Source of the DNA: Euglena gracilis
Lineage: Eukaryota
Direction: 5' to 3'
Length of the DNA stretch: 64,000 nt
Assembly: GCA_039621445.1 (NCBI GenBank)
Contig: CP154954.1
Location: forward strand, 48,029,847-48,093,846
The translations under genes and the position numbers were made by a program. Of this stretch, positions 38,578 through 54,776 are shown piece after piece (positions within the stretch are counted from its first letter, which is position 1; every line of letters starts with the position of its first letter). A model generated the notes under the pieces. It had not been told where the DNA came from and searched no databases. It saw only the letters and a program-made list of their open reading frames with translations.

Positions 38578-39885
38578 TGCGACCTGCTACAACTGCTGCC
38601 GTCGCCGCACCTACAGTTCACGTTGCTCAGGCAATGTCTCGATGCGTGTAAAGTGAACGACCTGCTTCGAACCACACACCTCTCGGGAGCCAAGGCACCA
38701 TGCCATTCCTTCGCCACTCTCCTTCGGGACACGATGTCCGTCATCACCGCTCGACCACTGGATGAAAAACAGTGGGCACAAGCCTCTCTGCCAGTCCGCC
38801 TGGGGGGGCTTGGGATTCGAGACCCAGAGGTATCTAGAACACCGGCAAGGTGGGCGGCCATCCTTGACTTCCTCGCACGAGCGGACAGCACCCTGTGCCT
38901 ACCTGAGGGTTGCCCCCAGCTGCCACGGGACTACGGAGAGACCGGCTTGGTGATCTCAGGCCTCACGAAAGGGGTGGCGCCGGTGGGTGACCTCCTAACG
39001 GACCCCAGCAAAGTGAGTTCCTTGTCTCCCACGATGTTGAAACAAAAATGGTGGACAGATGAGGTCGTCAAGGTCCGGGCAGACCTGCTTTTGGCTGGCC
39101 TTGCTGGAAATGACGCGGTCCGTTTCGCATGCCAGCGAAGGCCGCACGCCATGGCATGGGCAGCGGTAAATCCCTCTGCTCCCCTGAAAACCCTCATCCC
39201 ACCGGCTGAATTCAGAGCCCTGACGCAGTGGTCCTTGGGGTGCCAAGTCTGCCCCACAACGACAGATGGCTCCTTGCCGGAATGCCCCCGCTGCCACCAA
39301 CAAATGGATGTTGCAGGGAATCACCTTGTCTGCTGCCCCAAAAACAACACTTTGCGGCGACATGGTGCCCTCCAAACGTTCGTTTTGGAACTTGCGAGAA
39401 AGGCCGGATTCATGGCTCGACGGGAAGAGGTGGCCGACAATCGGACGAGGCCTGGAGATGTCTTCATCACGCGATTCGACGCGGACGGACCTGCAGCAGT
39501 GGATGTCACGGTCCGCCACCCGCTGCAACCAGCAAACCCAGTCTCCTCAATGGACGCCTTGGCACGGTGGCACGACTTGCAAGAGGGAGACAAAGAACGC
39601 AAGTACGCAGCTACCTGCCAGCGGCTGGGATGGACGTTCATCCCGTTTGTGGTGGACTGCTTCGGAGGGATGGGGGAGCGAGCGGCAGGATTCATATCCA
39701 AGTGCCTTCGCACTGTGTTGGCACAGACTGATGTTCCTCAAAGGCGATCGTCGGAGGCTACGGTATGGCAAGCACTGAGTCTAACGTTGGCAAGAGAAGT
39801 GGCTCGCCAGCTGGCTTGGGGGGCAGTGGCGGAGCCATCAGGCGATGTGGATCCCTCAACCCACACCCCATACGCCACGGAATAA
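38578..39885 (+). CDS. RT thumb region, CCHC zinc knuckle and restriction-like endonuclease (C-terminal part only)
   Basis: QASLPVRLGGLGIR; CPRC...HLVCC; RRH; RPGD...VDVTV; K..KY; FIPFVVDCFGG. These are typical CRE/RLE-clade motifs. Frame is open. Confidence 0.9.
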   Translation, partial: CDLLQLLPSPHLQFTLLRQCLDACKVNDLLRTTHLSGAKAPCHSFATLLRDTMSVITARPLDEKQWAQASLPVRLGGLGIRDPEVSRTPARWAAILDFLARADSTLCLPEGCPQLPRDYGETGLVISGLTKGVAPVGDLLTDPSKVSSLSPTMLKQKWWTDEVVKVRADLLLAGLAGNDAVRFACQRRPHAMAWAAVNPSAPLKTLIPPAEFRALTQWSLGCQVCPTTTDGSLPECPRCHQQMDVAGNHLVCCPKNNTLRRHGALQTFVLELARKAGFMARREEVADNRTRPGDVFITRFDADGPAAVDVTVRHPLQPANPVSSMDALARWHDLQEGDKERKYAATCQRLGWTFIPFVVDCFGGMGERAAGFISKCLRTVLAQTDVPQRRSSEATVWQALSLTLAREVARQLAWGAVAEPSGDVDPSTHTPYATE

Positions 39886-40279
39886 ATTCGGGTCACAAAC
39901 AAAAGCAAGCACGACCACGCCCAAGCCACACTGCATACAAAGAGCAGCACGGCCCAGAAGCACCACACAAAACGAACCACAGCTGGCATAGTGTCTACCA
40001 CATGCTCAACTACCAGCCTTGGTCAGCCGCTCCGGACATGGACCAGACGGAGCATGCCCACCACCTCACCATCGAAACACCGGGGCATCGGTCTCACTCC
40101 CAACACCCCGCCACCAGCTTTTCAGCATGTTCGTTTCTCGCTGCTAAGCTCGCACTTCCTACCTGCCCCCACACCTCCTTCTCCCCGCACAGACTCTATC
40201 CATTGTACATAGCCTTACTCCCCTGAACACAACAAATCCAGTAGGCTGTGCCACTGGTCGGTGGATTCGGTTCGCCCCA
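38578..40279 (+). mobile_element. 5'-truncated CRE-like non-LTR retrotransposon
   Basis: 12-bp TSD CCTTTTACAGCA (38566-38577 and 40280-40291). No poly(A) tail. Confidence 0.85.
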
Positions 40280-40293
40280 CCTTTTACAGCACA

Positions 40294-40450
40294 ATGCCTG
40301 GTGGAAGACCGGCACATGGTATTTGGCATTACTTCATAAAACATCAAGTATTTGATGGACGTACCCGTGCCACTTGCAAGGGGTGCGACGTTGAGAATTT
40401 AACTCTGAAGTTCAACGGATCCAAGCAAGCAACGAAGTTCAAGGTACCAC
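40294..40450 (+). pseudogene. BED zinc finger fragment of a hAT transposase
   Basis: MPGGRPAHGIWHYF...ATCKGC. Confidence 0.65.
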
Positions 40451-43331
40451 ACGAAGTTCAAGCCCAAGGTCAACGGAAGTGCAAGGTACCACTGGGGTAC
40501 AAGTGTCGCTCAAGTACAAGTTACCTGGTTTCTTTGGACCTGAAAAGGTTTGCTTGTTTCTCCCTTACTGTGCCTCATTGTTACCTTTGCAGGGTCAACT
40601 GACATCCCTGGTGGGGTTCAAGTGCTGGATTTATTCATTGGGATTTGAAAGAAGACACCAGTGGACCTGAAAAGGTTTGCTTGTTTCTCCCTTACTGTGC
40701 CTCATTGTTACCTTTGCAGGGTCAACTGACATCCCTGGTGGGGTTCAAGTGCTGGATTTATTCATTGGGATTTGAAAGAAGACTCCAGTGGACCTGATGC
40801 TGCCTGAAGTTAAAGCTGTGTACTGGCATTTGTACCTTTTCTGTCCTTGCATTGCAATTCTGTTGTGCAATGTTTTGGGAATTTTTTGTTGGGTGGAGAA
40901 GGATGTGACATGTTGTTGTTGGATCTGCAATCTGGGTTTCAGTCTCAATGTTAGATGTGCCATCTGGTCTGTTTTTCGGGGCCTTTTTGGGTCTGCGGGT
41001 GCGGTCAGTTTTGGGCTATGGGCGGTGAACTGGGTATTGCCCACAGCTGGGTTCCACAGTTTTGGGCCATGTTGGCCACAGGTGGGGTCACCTGGGTCTC
41101 CCTGCCTGGGGCCTGTTTTTTGGCGGGAGGGGAGGCAGCTGGGTGCCACAGTTTTGGAGATTTTTGCCCACGGGTCTCACAGTTTTGGGCCCATTTTTGG
41201 CGGGTCAGTTTTTGCCCCCCCATCTGAAGGTTGGGAGCACACTTCTGGCAAGTCTCCCTTTTTTTTGGTCACCCAAAGTTGGGGGCTGGGGGCGTTGTGT
41301 TTGATGGCCCGTGATGGGGGTCTGGCGGTCTCGCTACCTCTTTTGAAGCAGCGAACGACATGCTCGTGTATTTTCAATACGGGTCATTGACGACGTATGC
41401 CGGCTGTTTTTTACGTCTCCGGGGCTCGGGTGTTTTAAACTGATTTAAATCGGTGTTTTAAACGACCGTTTTTTAAGGGGCTCATCCCTGTGGGGTGCCG
41501 ATTAAAAACTTGAAATAAGTGACCAATTGCCCAATTTTTGAAAAAATCCAGGTAATTTGCCTCTCTTTGTAACACTCTTTTTCAATTCTCTTTGTTGTTG
41601 AGTCGTATTCCTTTGGATTTTCGCATTGAGGTGACATTGAGGAAAGATGGAGGTTGGAAAACCTCAACCTCAACCTCAACCTCAACCTCAACCTCAATAC
41701 CTCAACCTCAATCCAGCCTTGCTCTGTGGGTGCATTTTGTCTGACCCACAATTCTAGAATTATGGATCCTTTGTTCAAAACTGACCGCCTTTGTCCTAAG
41801 GCGGGTGGGGGGGGGTGGCCGCCTTCGTCCTCCGCTTTGCTCCGGACTCCGGACAAACCATACTTCGAATCCTGCTAAGTTCAAAAACTGCCAAAAATGG
41901 TCAAAAAACATCCAAAAATGCAAAAAAAAAATGCAATATATGACCTTTTTCACTTTTTTTGTGGAAGGAATTTTTGGCAGAAATGACCCAGAAGTTGCCA
42001 AAAATGGTTGAAAATATGAATGAATTCAAAAAATTTTCCGGGCAAAACCTTGTTGGCGTTTTTTTTTGTTTTATTTAAAAAAAACATTGTTAAAATTAAA
42101 AAAAGCAAAAAACAGCCTCCAAAAAAAACAGGCTGCCAACTATGGGGGGTCGGCACGCCGTGGCGAGCCGTACGGCTAGGGGGGGGGGTTTGGCGTGGCG
42201 AGGGGGTCCCGGATGGGGGGGAGGGAGGGGTGCGCGGGGGTTTTCTAAGAAAATTTTCTTTGGCGCGGCTGACATGGCGTGGCGAGGGGGTCTGAAAAGG
42301 GGGGGAGGGGGGCCCCCCCTCCCCCCCCTTTTCAGACCCCCTCGCCACACCATTTTATCCCCCCGGGGGGGGGGGTAAAATGGCGTGGCGAGGGGGTCGG
42401 TGAGGGGGGGGGAGGGGTGTGCCGACCCCCCTATGTGAGGAGAGCCATTTGGCAACTTTGGGGGGGGGGCACTTTGAGGGGGTGAGGGGAAATTGGACAC
42501 ATGCACCGCAAGTTTTCTCACTATGGGTTTATCAATATTGGATCTGAATGAGATACACGCATGTTAATGACACCCCCCCCCCATGGCGGAGGCCAAGTCC
42601 CCGGGGAGGGGTGGTTGGGAGCCCCCCCTGTTCACTCCTTCTTGGAGGGGGGGTCTTCAGTTCAGGCCGACAACCAGTAAATCCATTGGCTCAGAGTCCC
42701 CATTAACCAAGATGAAAGCTGAAAGGGATGATATTTACAGCGAAACCCAGCAATATGACATCACGTGAAGGCAACAAAGGAATCATTCAACTTTCAGGTT
42801 CCACGTGCTGCTGCATCAGAGGACCGCTTCATATTTTTGTATGACCGAGACCGGAGGGTGGTGGTTTTCACAAGTCACGTGGGTAGTTATGAAAAAAAAT
42901 ATTCAAAAGGGCTGAAATTCAGAAACGTGCAAATTTCACGGTTTTTGTGTAATGTTTCAGCTTTTCATGAAATTTCCAAGAAATTGGAGAATTTAAAAAA
43001 GTTATGCTTTGCCCGTGTGCGAAATGGCACACTTTCCTAATCCTTACTTTCTTCTGCACGGAGCCGTCTGTGAACGGTGACATCCCTTTAGCAGGCTCTC
43101 CTTCTCACTCTCCCTATTCAAACTAAATGAGCCCCTCATTCAAGACTGATAACCATGATCAGGAGAACAAAATCCCAAAGTGGCAGGATTGCACCGTCAG
43201 GCATCCAAAAAACACACACATTAACCTTGGCACAACTCGCCAACACCAACACCCACAGCAGCTAGCCAAATTTCGTGAATCATCCTTAGCCAACCACGTG
43301 TCGAGCAAAGGCGACACACCACAGACACGGT

Positions 43332-47776
<4,445 letters not shown>

Positions 47777-48369
47777 CATAGCTGGCACTTCGTTTAAAAC
47801 GAAGTTAAAAAAGACACGTTTTTTTTTATATAAAAACATGATTTTTTAAAAAAAACAAAGAAACGCCATTGAGGGTCCAGGGCAAAAAAATTTTTGCCTT
47901 TAATTTTAGCTTTTTTTGCCCATCCTCGGTCAGAGAAAGACACCAAAAAGCATAGTTAAATTTTGCCTTTTCTTCCCGCGCTCTGTCAAAAAAAGGACCT
48001 AGTTTGGAATGGTTTCAAGCCAAAATGGCAGAAAAATGCCCTATTTTGACCATTCTTGTTGAAGACAACCCTCTCAAAGTGGCCACCCTCCAGACACCAC
48101 GGGACCCCAAAACGGCCACACTGGGGGAGGGGACACTTTGGGGGGGGGGTCAATTTTTGGGCTTCGGCGCCTTTGGCGCAAAAAGAAAGTGGCCACTTTG
48201 AGGGGGAAACCAAATTTGCCAAAAAATTTTGGCCACTCTGAAGGGGGGGACACTTTGAGGGGGGGTGAGGGTATTGGTTTTCAAGTCACCCCCCCCCCCT
48301 TTATTTGAGCACACCCACGGGCCAACGGACCCCCCAAATGCTCAAATAAGGGGGGGTCAAATAAGGGGG

Positions 48370-49672
48370 GGTCGCTGAGCTCTTATCCCTTTATGGGTAA
48401 GAGCGAAGCTTACCCCTGGCGAAACCCCCCCCTCGCCCCCCCCCCCTCCCCCCCCCGCCCCCCCCCCGGGGGCCCCCCCCGGGTCGGGGCCACCTCGGGA
48501 ACCGACGGATTATCACCATGATCCCGGCCCCGTTCCCGGAATTTTTTTTTCCAGTCGCGAGCGACTGGATTCCTAGTTTCCGAATCACCTGGGTTTGACC
48601 CCCAACTCCCCGCCAGGCCCGAGTTATTCACGCGCGAAGGGGTCCAAACTCGGTAGGATTTACCCGCCCCCCCTGGATAAGCCCCCCCCCCTTTGGACGG
48701 CCAAAAAATGTCAATTTTCAAAATATCTCCAAAATGAAGCCAAATCAAAGGAAATGTCCGGAGACCTAATTTGAAGCCCTTGGAACGCCCCATCTGCTGG
48801 TATTTTGATTTCCCCGCCTGGCCCGAGATATGGCCGTTTTCGGCGCAGACGGCCGTTTTGTACACTTTTCCCTCTGTTCGACTTAGCCGTTTTCGGGGGG
48901 TGGGGGGTCAAAAAATCGATGTTTTCAAAATTTCTCGAAAATGATGCAAAATCAAAGGAAATGTCCGGAGACCTAAATTGAAGCTCTTGGAACGCTCTAC
49001 CTACTGGGATTTTGGTTTCCCCGCAACTCCCCGCCCAGCCCGAGATACGGGCGTTTTTTTTGGCCAATTTGGGCCATTTCAGGCCATTTTGTACACTTTT
49101 TCCACTGTTTGACTTAGCAGTTTTCGGCCAAAAAAGTCGAAAAAAATCGAAAAAAATTTTTTTGCCCGAAACGATGTTTTTTGGCCTCCCGGACCCGGAA
49201 AAACTGTTTTTGAGCCGAAAACGAGCGTTTTTCGACCCGCCGGCGCCCCGTTTTGGGCCGCCGACCCATTGACTTTGGGTCAAAACCGGGTCAAAAAAGT
49301 CGAAAAAATCGAAATTTTTTTTTGCCCAAAACAATGTTTTTGGTCCCGGAAAAACTGTTTTTGAGGCGTTTTTCGACCCGCCAGCGCCCCGTTTTGGACC
49401 GCCGACCCATTGACTTTGGGTCAAAACCGGGTCAAAAAAGTCGAAAAAATCGAAATTTTTTTTTTGCCCAAAACAATGTTTTTGGGCCTCCCGGACCCGG
49501 AAAAACTGTTTTCGAGCCGAAAACGAGCGTTTTTCGACCCACCGGCGCCCTGTTTCTGGCACAAAACCCATGGATTTCAGGCAAAAGAGCTCCATGGAGT
49601 GGGCCGGTATGTATGGAGGGGTCAATGAAGGGGTGCGTGCGCTTATTAAGAGCTCAGCACTATTCAAAACCT
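48370..49672 (-). mobile_element. Family G element, copy 2
   Basis: Reverse complement of the ends of 10499-12884, GGTC at both junctions. Intact host MITE at 35249-35464. Confidence 0.75.
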
Positions 49673-50295
49673 GGTCAAATAAGGGGGGGGTCAAAAATTC
49701 CTTTATGGAGGATAGAACAGCGGGGGGGGGGGAGGGGGCCTAATGCACATCGGGGGGGGTCTGAGGGGGGGCGAGCGGCCCGCGGGCGGCCGCGCGGGGG
49801 GGAAGGGGGGGGGGGGGAGGGTGGGGGGGAGGGGGTCCATGGCGGCCGCGCGGGCGGAACGCATCCTAAAATCGGTGACTTTCGGGTCCAAAAAGTGGTC
49901 ATTTTTTGCCATTTTTGGGCCATTTTTGACCAAAAAAGTGCTTTTTTTGGCCGCGCGCAGAACGCGCGGCCCCCAAATTTGCCATTTTGTGTCCGAAAAT
50001 GGTCATTTTTGGTCATTTTTGGGCCTCAAAAAATCGCGATTTTTTCGCCAAATTTTTTTTCTTGGCTATGCTAGGCACAGTGGGGGGAGGGGGGGGTCCA
50101 GGGGGGGGGGCGAGCGGCCGCGCGGGCGGCCGCGCAGGGGCCGCGGGGGGGGGGGGGGGGGGGGGGGGGGTCCCGGACCCCCCCGAGCGGCGCGCCTAGC
50201 CTCCTTTAGAAAGAGGGCAAAAAAAATTTTTGGCGCCTTCGGCGCATGAAAAAAAAATTCCCCGGACCCAAATGCTCAATTAAGTCTGCGTCTTA

Positions 50296-52000
50296 CCGGG
50301 GGTGGCCATATTCGGCGGGGCCTAATGTCAGAATCCTTTTAATTCGCACACGATTTTTGTCGTGAAAAAGCCTGACGAACACGGCCTGTTTGCGTGATAA
50401 AACCCTGACCTCTTTTCACCATATTTTCATGAAAGTTCCAATTAGGATCAGCCTATACTAGCGCAAGCAACAACGCCCAGGACTTCCTAATTGGGTCTCT
50501 GGCGGGTGTATCTTCCTCTTGGAATTCGTTGCTTATCTTTATTCTAACTTCAGGTACAAGCTATGGTTACTGAATGCACTGGTATTGGATAGTTTGAGGA
50601 TTGAAGCAGGTATGCCCATGTCGTTTTGAAGAATTATTCTACTGGTCTTTTCTAGTGCATCTGGACCACTTTCAAAAATGTGGCATTTTCTTCAAAATTT
50701 GGTTCCCTGAGTATTAATTTTGAGGGCCACCCTCTTGTTTGGCATGTCTTCTGCTGGGGGTCCTATTTTAATATCATTTTCTGAGTGTTATCATGGTTTT
50801 CTGGTCGTGTTTTACAGTGTTGGAACTTTTGCTGCCATTTCACAGAGCTCCATTATACAGCTCTGAGTCTTTGGCCTGGCGTTTTAAGGACATTTTGGCC
50901 TTGCATTTCTGTGTTTTCCTGCTTTCGAATTTACTTTCCTTCGCCTTCAAACTGCAATTCTGTAAATTGAACCCAGTGCATTGCATTGCGTCATGTTTTT
51001 TACCACATTGCATGTCATCTGTTTGTCTTTCATCTGTCATCCTTGACTCACAGGTTGAAGAGTGAAGAAACAGAAGAACCAAGAAGAGATGAAGAGTAAT
51101 GAAGTTAAGGTTTTCAGAATGTTTTTGTCAGGGTCCTGTGGTGTTTTGCGAAAGAAGCACAGGACCCTGCCGCTGTAAATTACATCTTCTTTGTAGCGAC
51201 GTTGCCTTTCCTTTGGTGCATTCAACAAAGGTTGTTTCACTTGTTTTTTTTGCCAAAAGGGCTTTGGTTGTTCTGCGTTTTAGTTCTGAAAGCTTTCTGT
51301 TGAGACCCCCCCCAGTTTGGGGAACACTTTTAGTGCCACAGGTGGAAACCAGTTTTGGTGCCCCAGGTGGGGACCAATTTTGGTACCACCCCCCCCCCCT
51401 TTATTGTCCCCCCCCCTTTATTGTCCCTGGGCCCCGGCCGACGGGGGGTTTTTTTGGCCCGGCCAATGAAATTCCTTTGGTACCCCTTTATTGTCCCCCC
51501 CCCTTTATTGTCCGGTCGGGCCTCCCGGGGGCAGGTCGGTGGGACAATAAAGGGGGGGGGGGTGGTACCAAGGGTTTCTTTTCTTGGGCAGGGGCGGGGG
51601 GGTTTCAAAAAATTTTCTTGGTCCTTTTTATTTCCAGACAAAACTGAAGGGGAATTAGCCCGAATGCAATCCGTTTTTTCCCCCGAGTGGGGCTTTATGG
51701 GTTTGAATTCCCCGGCAAGCCGGCTGTCGCACCGTTCGCATGCAACAGAAGCAGTTCATTTTCCGTCTTTTAGTCAGTGAAAACGAACTTTGCACGCTCC
51801 GAGAAATTACTGATTCAATTACGCGACACTCTTCGGCCTCGACTTATTCAAGTGCCGGAGTTCCTACTGCTCGCCGTTGAAGCATCCGCCGGCATGGATG
51901 CTGTGATTAAACCTGGCGAACGCAGCCGTCGAGCGTAATAAAACCCGGCGATGTTGCGCCGTGATGACTTTACCCTACTTCGAATTTTGGTGCCCTCCGG
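50296..52000. mobile_element. TA-flanked TIR element nested in E
   Basis: CCGG(G/A)GG ends with TA duplication. Removal restores the E terminus as seen at 57177. Confidence 0.75.
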
Positions 52001-52111
52001 TAGGCGCAGGGACTCAGGACAGAGTCTGCGTCTAAGACGCAGGACTTCGGGCAGGACGGAGTCTGCGTCTTAAGACGCAGACTCCGTCCTGAGTACTGCG
52101 TCTTAAGGAAA

Positions 52112-52940
52112 ATGTGGGAGCACACAATTGGGGGTTCCTGTGTTCCAGGAATTTTTGTTTGTGGACTGGCTTTGAAACATTTTCTTGTTTCCCCTGCAAA
52201 TTTTTCATCGTTCCGATCCGAACGACAACTAATTTACGGCCATCTTCGTGAGTGGACAACTGAAAGTTGCCCACCCGAAGGTCCAAGAGGGAATCTGGAC
52301 GAACACCCAATTGAAAGGCCATGAGCAGTAAATTCATCCTCTGGGATTCATACCAACTCTTCCAATTTGTTTGGGTAAAAAGTTGTGCCACCTTGGGTCG
52401 GTCAAAACCGCCACAGACTCCTTCCGTGCCATGAAATTGCGGGACCATGTGCAAGCAGCGTTGAAAAAGAGCACAAAATTTGGAAACTGTTTGCTTGCAA
52501 TGGGGACAATGCCATGTTCGGGACGCGTAGTCTTGTACGCCGAAGCCAATGCGTTGACTGTTGTTCTTAAGGTTGTGGGGCTCCATTCCCGAACAGCAAC
52601 ACCACTGGCTCGACAAATTTCCTTCCTCTGTTGTAGGGCTGATTGACACCGTCCACTTTCCAAAGGCAGTGAACCACTCATCCAAATTCGGCAAAATGAT
52701 CTGCCTGTGGTCCAACACCTTTGCAAAGTCCAACGCGGCGAGAATTGCCATTTTTCGGTTTCTCTCTGTTCCTGGAGGAGGACGAGCCACTTTGGAAAAA
52801 GTGTCCCCAAATAGGGCGGTGTCTGCTGGCAAATCTTCGAAAGGAGTGTATGCTTTTTTCAAAGCTTCTAAAAATTCAGGTACAGGTGGCAAGGGTCCAA
52901 AGCCTGCCTCAGCCACGTTCACCAACTGTGCGGCCATCAT
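52112..52940 (-). CDS. Tyrosine recombinase-like (Crypton-type) protein, C-terminally truncated
   Basis: LLLMAFQLGVRPDSLLDLRVGNF (box I Arg, codon 52299-52301), GTMKN (catalytic Lys position) and RNPQLCAP. The HxxR...Y half is absent. Confidence 0.7.
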
Positions 52941-53526
52941 CGTGATTGGCTGTGTGTGTGTGTGAGAGATAATATAACAAAAATTCCGCTGTCAAAGCCG
53001 CAGACTCCGTCCTGAGTCCCTGCGCCTCTAATACGCAGACTTAAAAAAAACTGCGTCTTAAGACGCAGACTCCGTCCTGAGTCCTGCGTCTAAGACGCAG
53101 GACTCAGGACGGAGTCTGCGTCTAAGACGCAGTTTTTGCTATAAAGGGGGGGGGTCAAATAAAGGGTGAGCTAAGATTGGTTCACCCTTGCGATCAAAGG
53201 CAAAAATTTGGACCATCATTTTCCCCTTTGTTTTTTTTGCCGGTTTTTTTGCCCGTTTTTTTTTAATAAAAAACAAAAAACTTTTTGTTAAAAAAACCAA
53301 AAAACGCCAGCTATGAGACGCACACAGACGCACACAGACGCACACAGACGCACACAGACGCACACAGACGCACACAGACGCACACAGACGCACACAGACG
53401 CACACAGACGCACACAGACGCACACAGACGCACACAGACGCACACAGACGCACAACGACGCACACGGACGCACACGGACGCACACGGACACACACAGACG
53501 CACACAGACACACACAGACACACACA

Positions 53527-53581
<55 letters not shown>

Positions 53582-54321
53582 CAGAGCGGACAACGAACGG
53601 AAGGAGAAGGAGAAGGAGAAGGCACAAACCTTACCGAGGATCGCAAGGGACTTCCCATATCGAAGATGAGCTTTGCTCATTTTCCCTACCCGCACAAGCA
53701 CACTCACATGCATTTGTTTGTAACATTGACACGCCTTCTTACAGCGCTTTGTAAATGTTGAACATAGAACGCAAGGCAATCAATCCATCAAGATCAACAA
53801 GAACAAGATCCACCAAGCCATCCACCCGTCGGCCAGCCGTCGGCCAGCCGTGTGACTCACAGGAAAATCACCCGCCGCATTTTTGCCCATTTTAAGTCAT
53901 TTTTCGCTAACCTTTGTCAAGTTTGTTAATTTTGGACCTTTTTTTAACCAATTCTGATCATTTCGACCTATTTTTGGGTCATTCTATATTCACTGTGAAG
54001 GATTTTCATCTACAAATGATTCAAATAACTAAAAATTGCTCAACCGGTGTCCCATTTTCAACGAACTGACAAAATTTACTTGATAATGGATGAAAAAAGG
54101 CTCAAATTTTGTGTGAAATGGTTTCAAGTGACTAAAAATTGCCCAAAGTACCACCGCCTCTTGTAGAATTCGAAAGATAATTCAAAATGAACATCCAAAA
54201 TTAAGATTTGGCACCTGCATACCAAATTTAGGCATTAGCCACTGAAATTGAGCAATTTTCACCCCGAAATATGCATTTGCCACTCATGCCACCCAAAATT
54301 GTGCATTTTCCACCCAAAAAT

Positions 54322-54776
54322 TATATAAAAATTGTGGGCATAACCCGTATTCAGGCCGTATAATAACGGGTCAAGGGCGCCGCAGGCGCCCTTGACCCGT
54401 TATACGCCCTGAATACGAGTTATAGCCCACGACTTTTCTGTAACCGTGAATAGAAAGGCCCGGCGCCTGCCCTGTTTTTCGTTGGTGTGCTTCACGCCAT
54501 GTTTTCGGGCATTTTTTTTTGTCATTTTTTTTACCCAAAAATCCTATTCAGAAAAATATGCCCTGTTTTTCGTGAATAGGTATTCATGAATAGGTATTCA
54601 TGAAAAGCAAGGCATATTTTTGTGAATTGATCCTATTCACAAAAATATGCCCTGTTTTTCATGAATACCTATTCACGAAAAACAGGGCATATTTTTGTGA
54701 AGTGAAAATATGCCTTGTTTTCCGTGTTCACACCCACGAAAAACAGGGCAGGCGCCGGGCCTCTATTCACGGTTAC
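54322..54776 (+). mobile_element. Subfamily B, copy 2 (455 bp non-autonomous)
   Basis: Same ends as 32905-34330. Removal restores the host repeat CCCAAAAAT^AACAAAATCCC. Confidence 0.85.

Larger units (their letters stand above)
38204..41721 (+). mobile_element. Deleted hAT transposon hosting the retrotransposon
   Basis: TIR CA(G/A)GGC(G/T)GGATTGAGGTTGAGG, CTCTGTG on both flanks, (AACCTC)n subterminal repeats, BED-finger fragment. Confidence 0.8.
50282..53143 (-). mobile_element. Hairpin-ended element, subfamily E, with tyrosine-recombinase ORF
   Basis: IR AAGTCTGCGTCTTA/GGCGCAGGGACTCAGGAC (split by 50296-52000), inner IR ~53009-53044, hairpin 53046-53137, then GCTATA. Empty site CAATT^AAGGGG seen at ~35430. 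Confidence 0.85.
47777..53315. mobile_element. hAT-like element inserted in the satellite, filled by nested elements
   Basis: TIR CATAGCTGGC / GCCAGCTATG with AGACGCAC on both flanks. Confidence 0.8.

Noticed and set aside
48711-50249. 270-330 aa ORFs in family G and neighbouring MITEs
   Set aside because: Low-complexity F/K/G/P translations of internal repeats, with no domain motifs.
50778-50788. TTTCTGAGTGT match to the Euglena spliced leader
   Set aside because: Only 11 nt and it diverges immediately; compatible with chance.
53046-53137. Hairpins as protelomerase (telRL-like) sites or viral termini
   Set aside because: Most have looped GC-rich apices, occur at one end only, and no polymerase or capsid gene is present. 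Not fully excluded.
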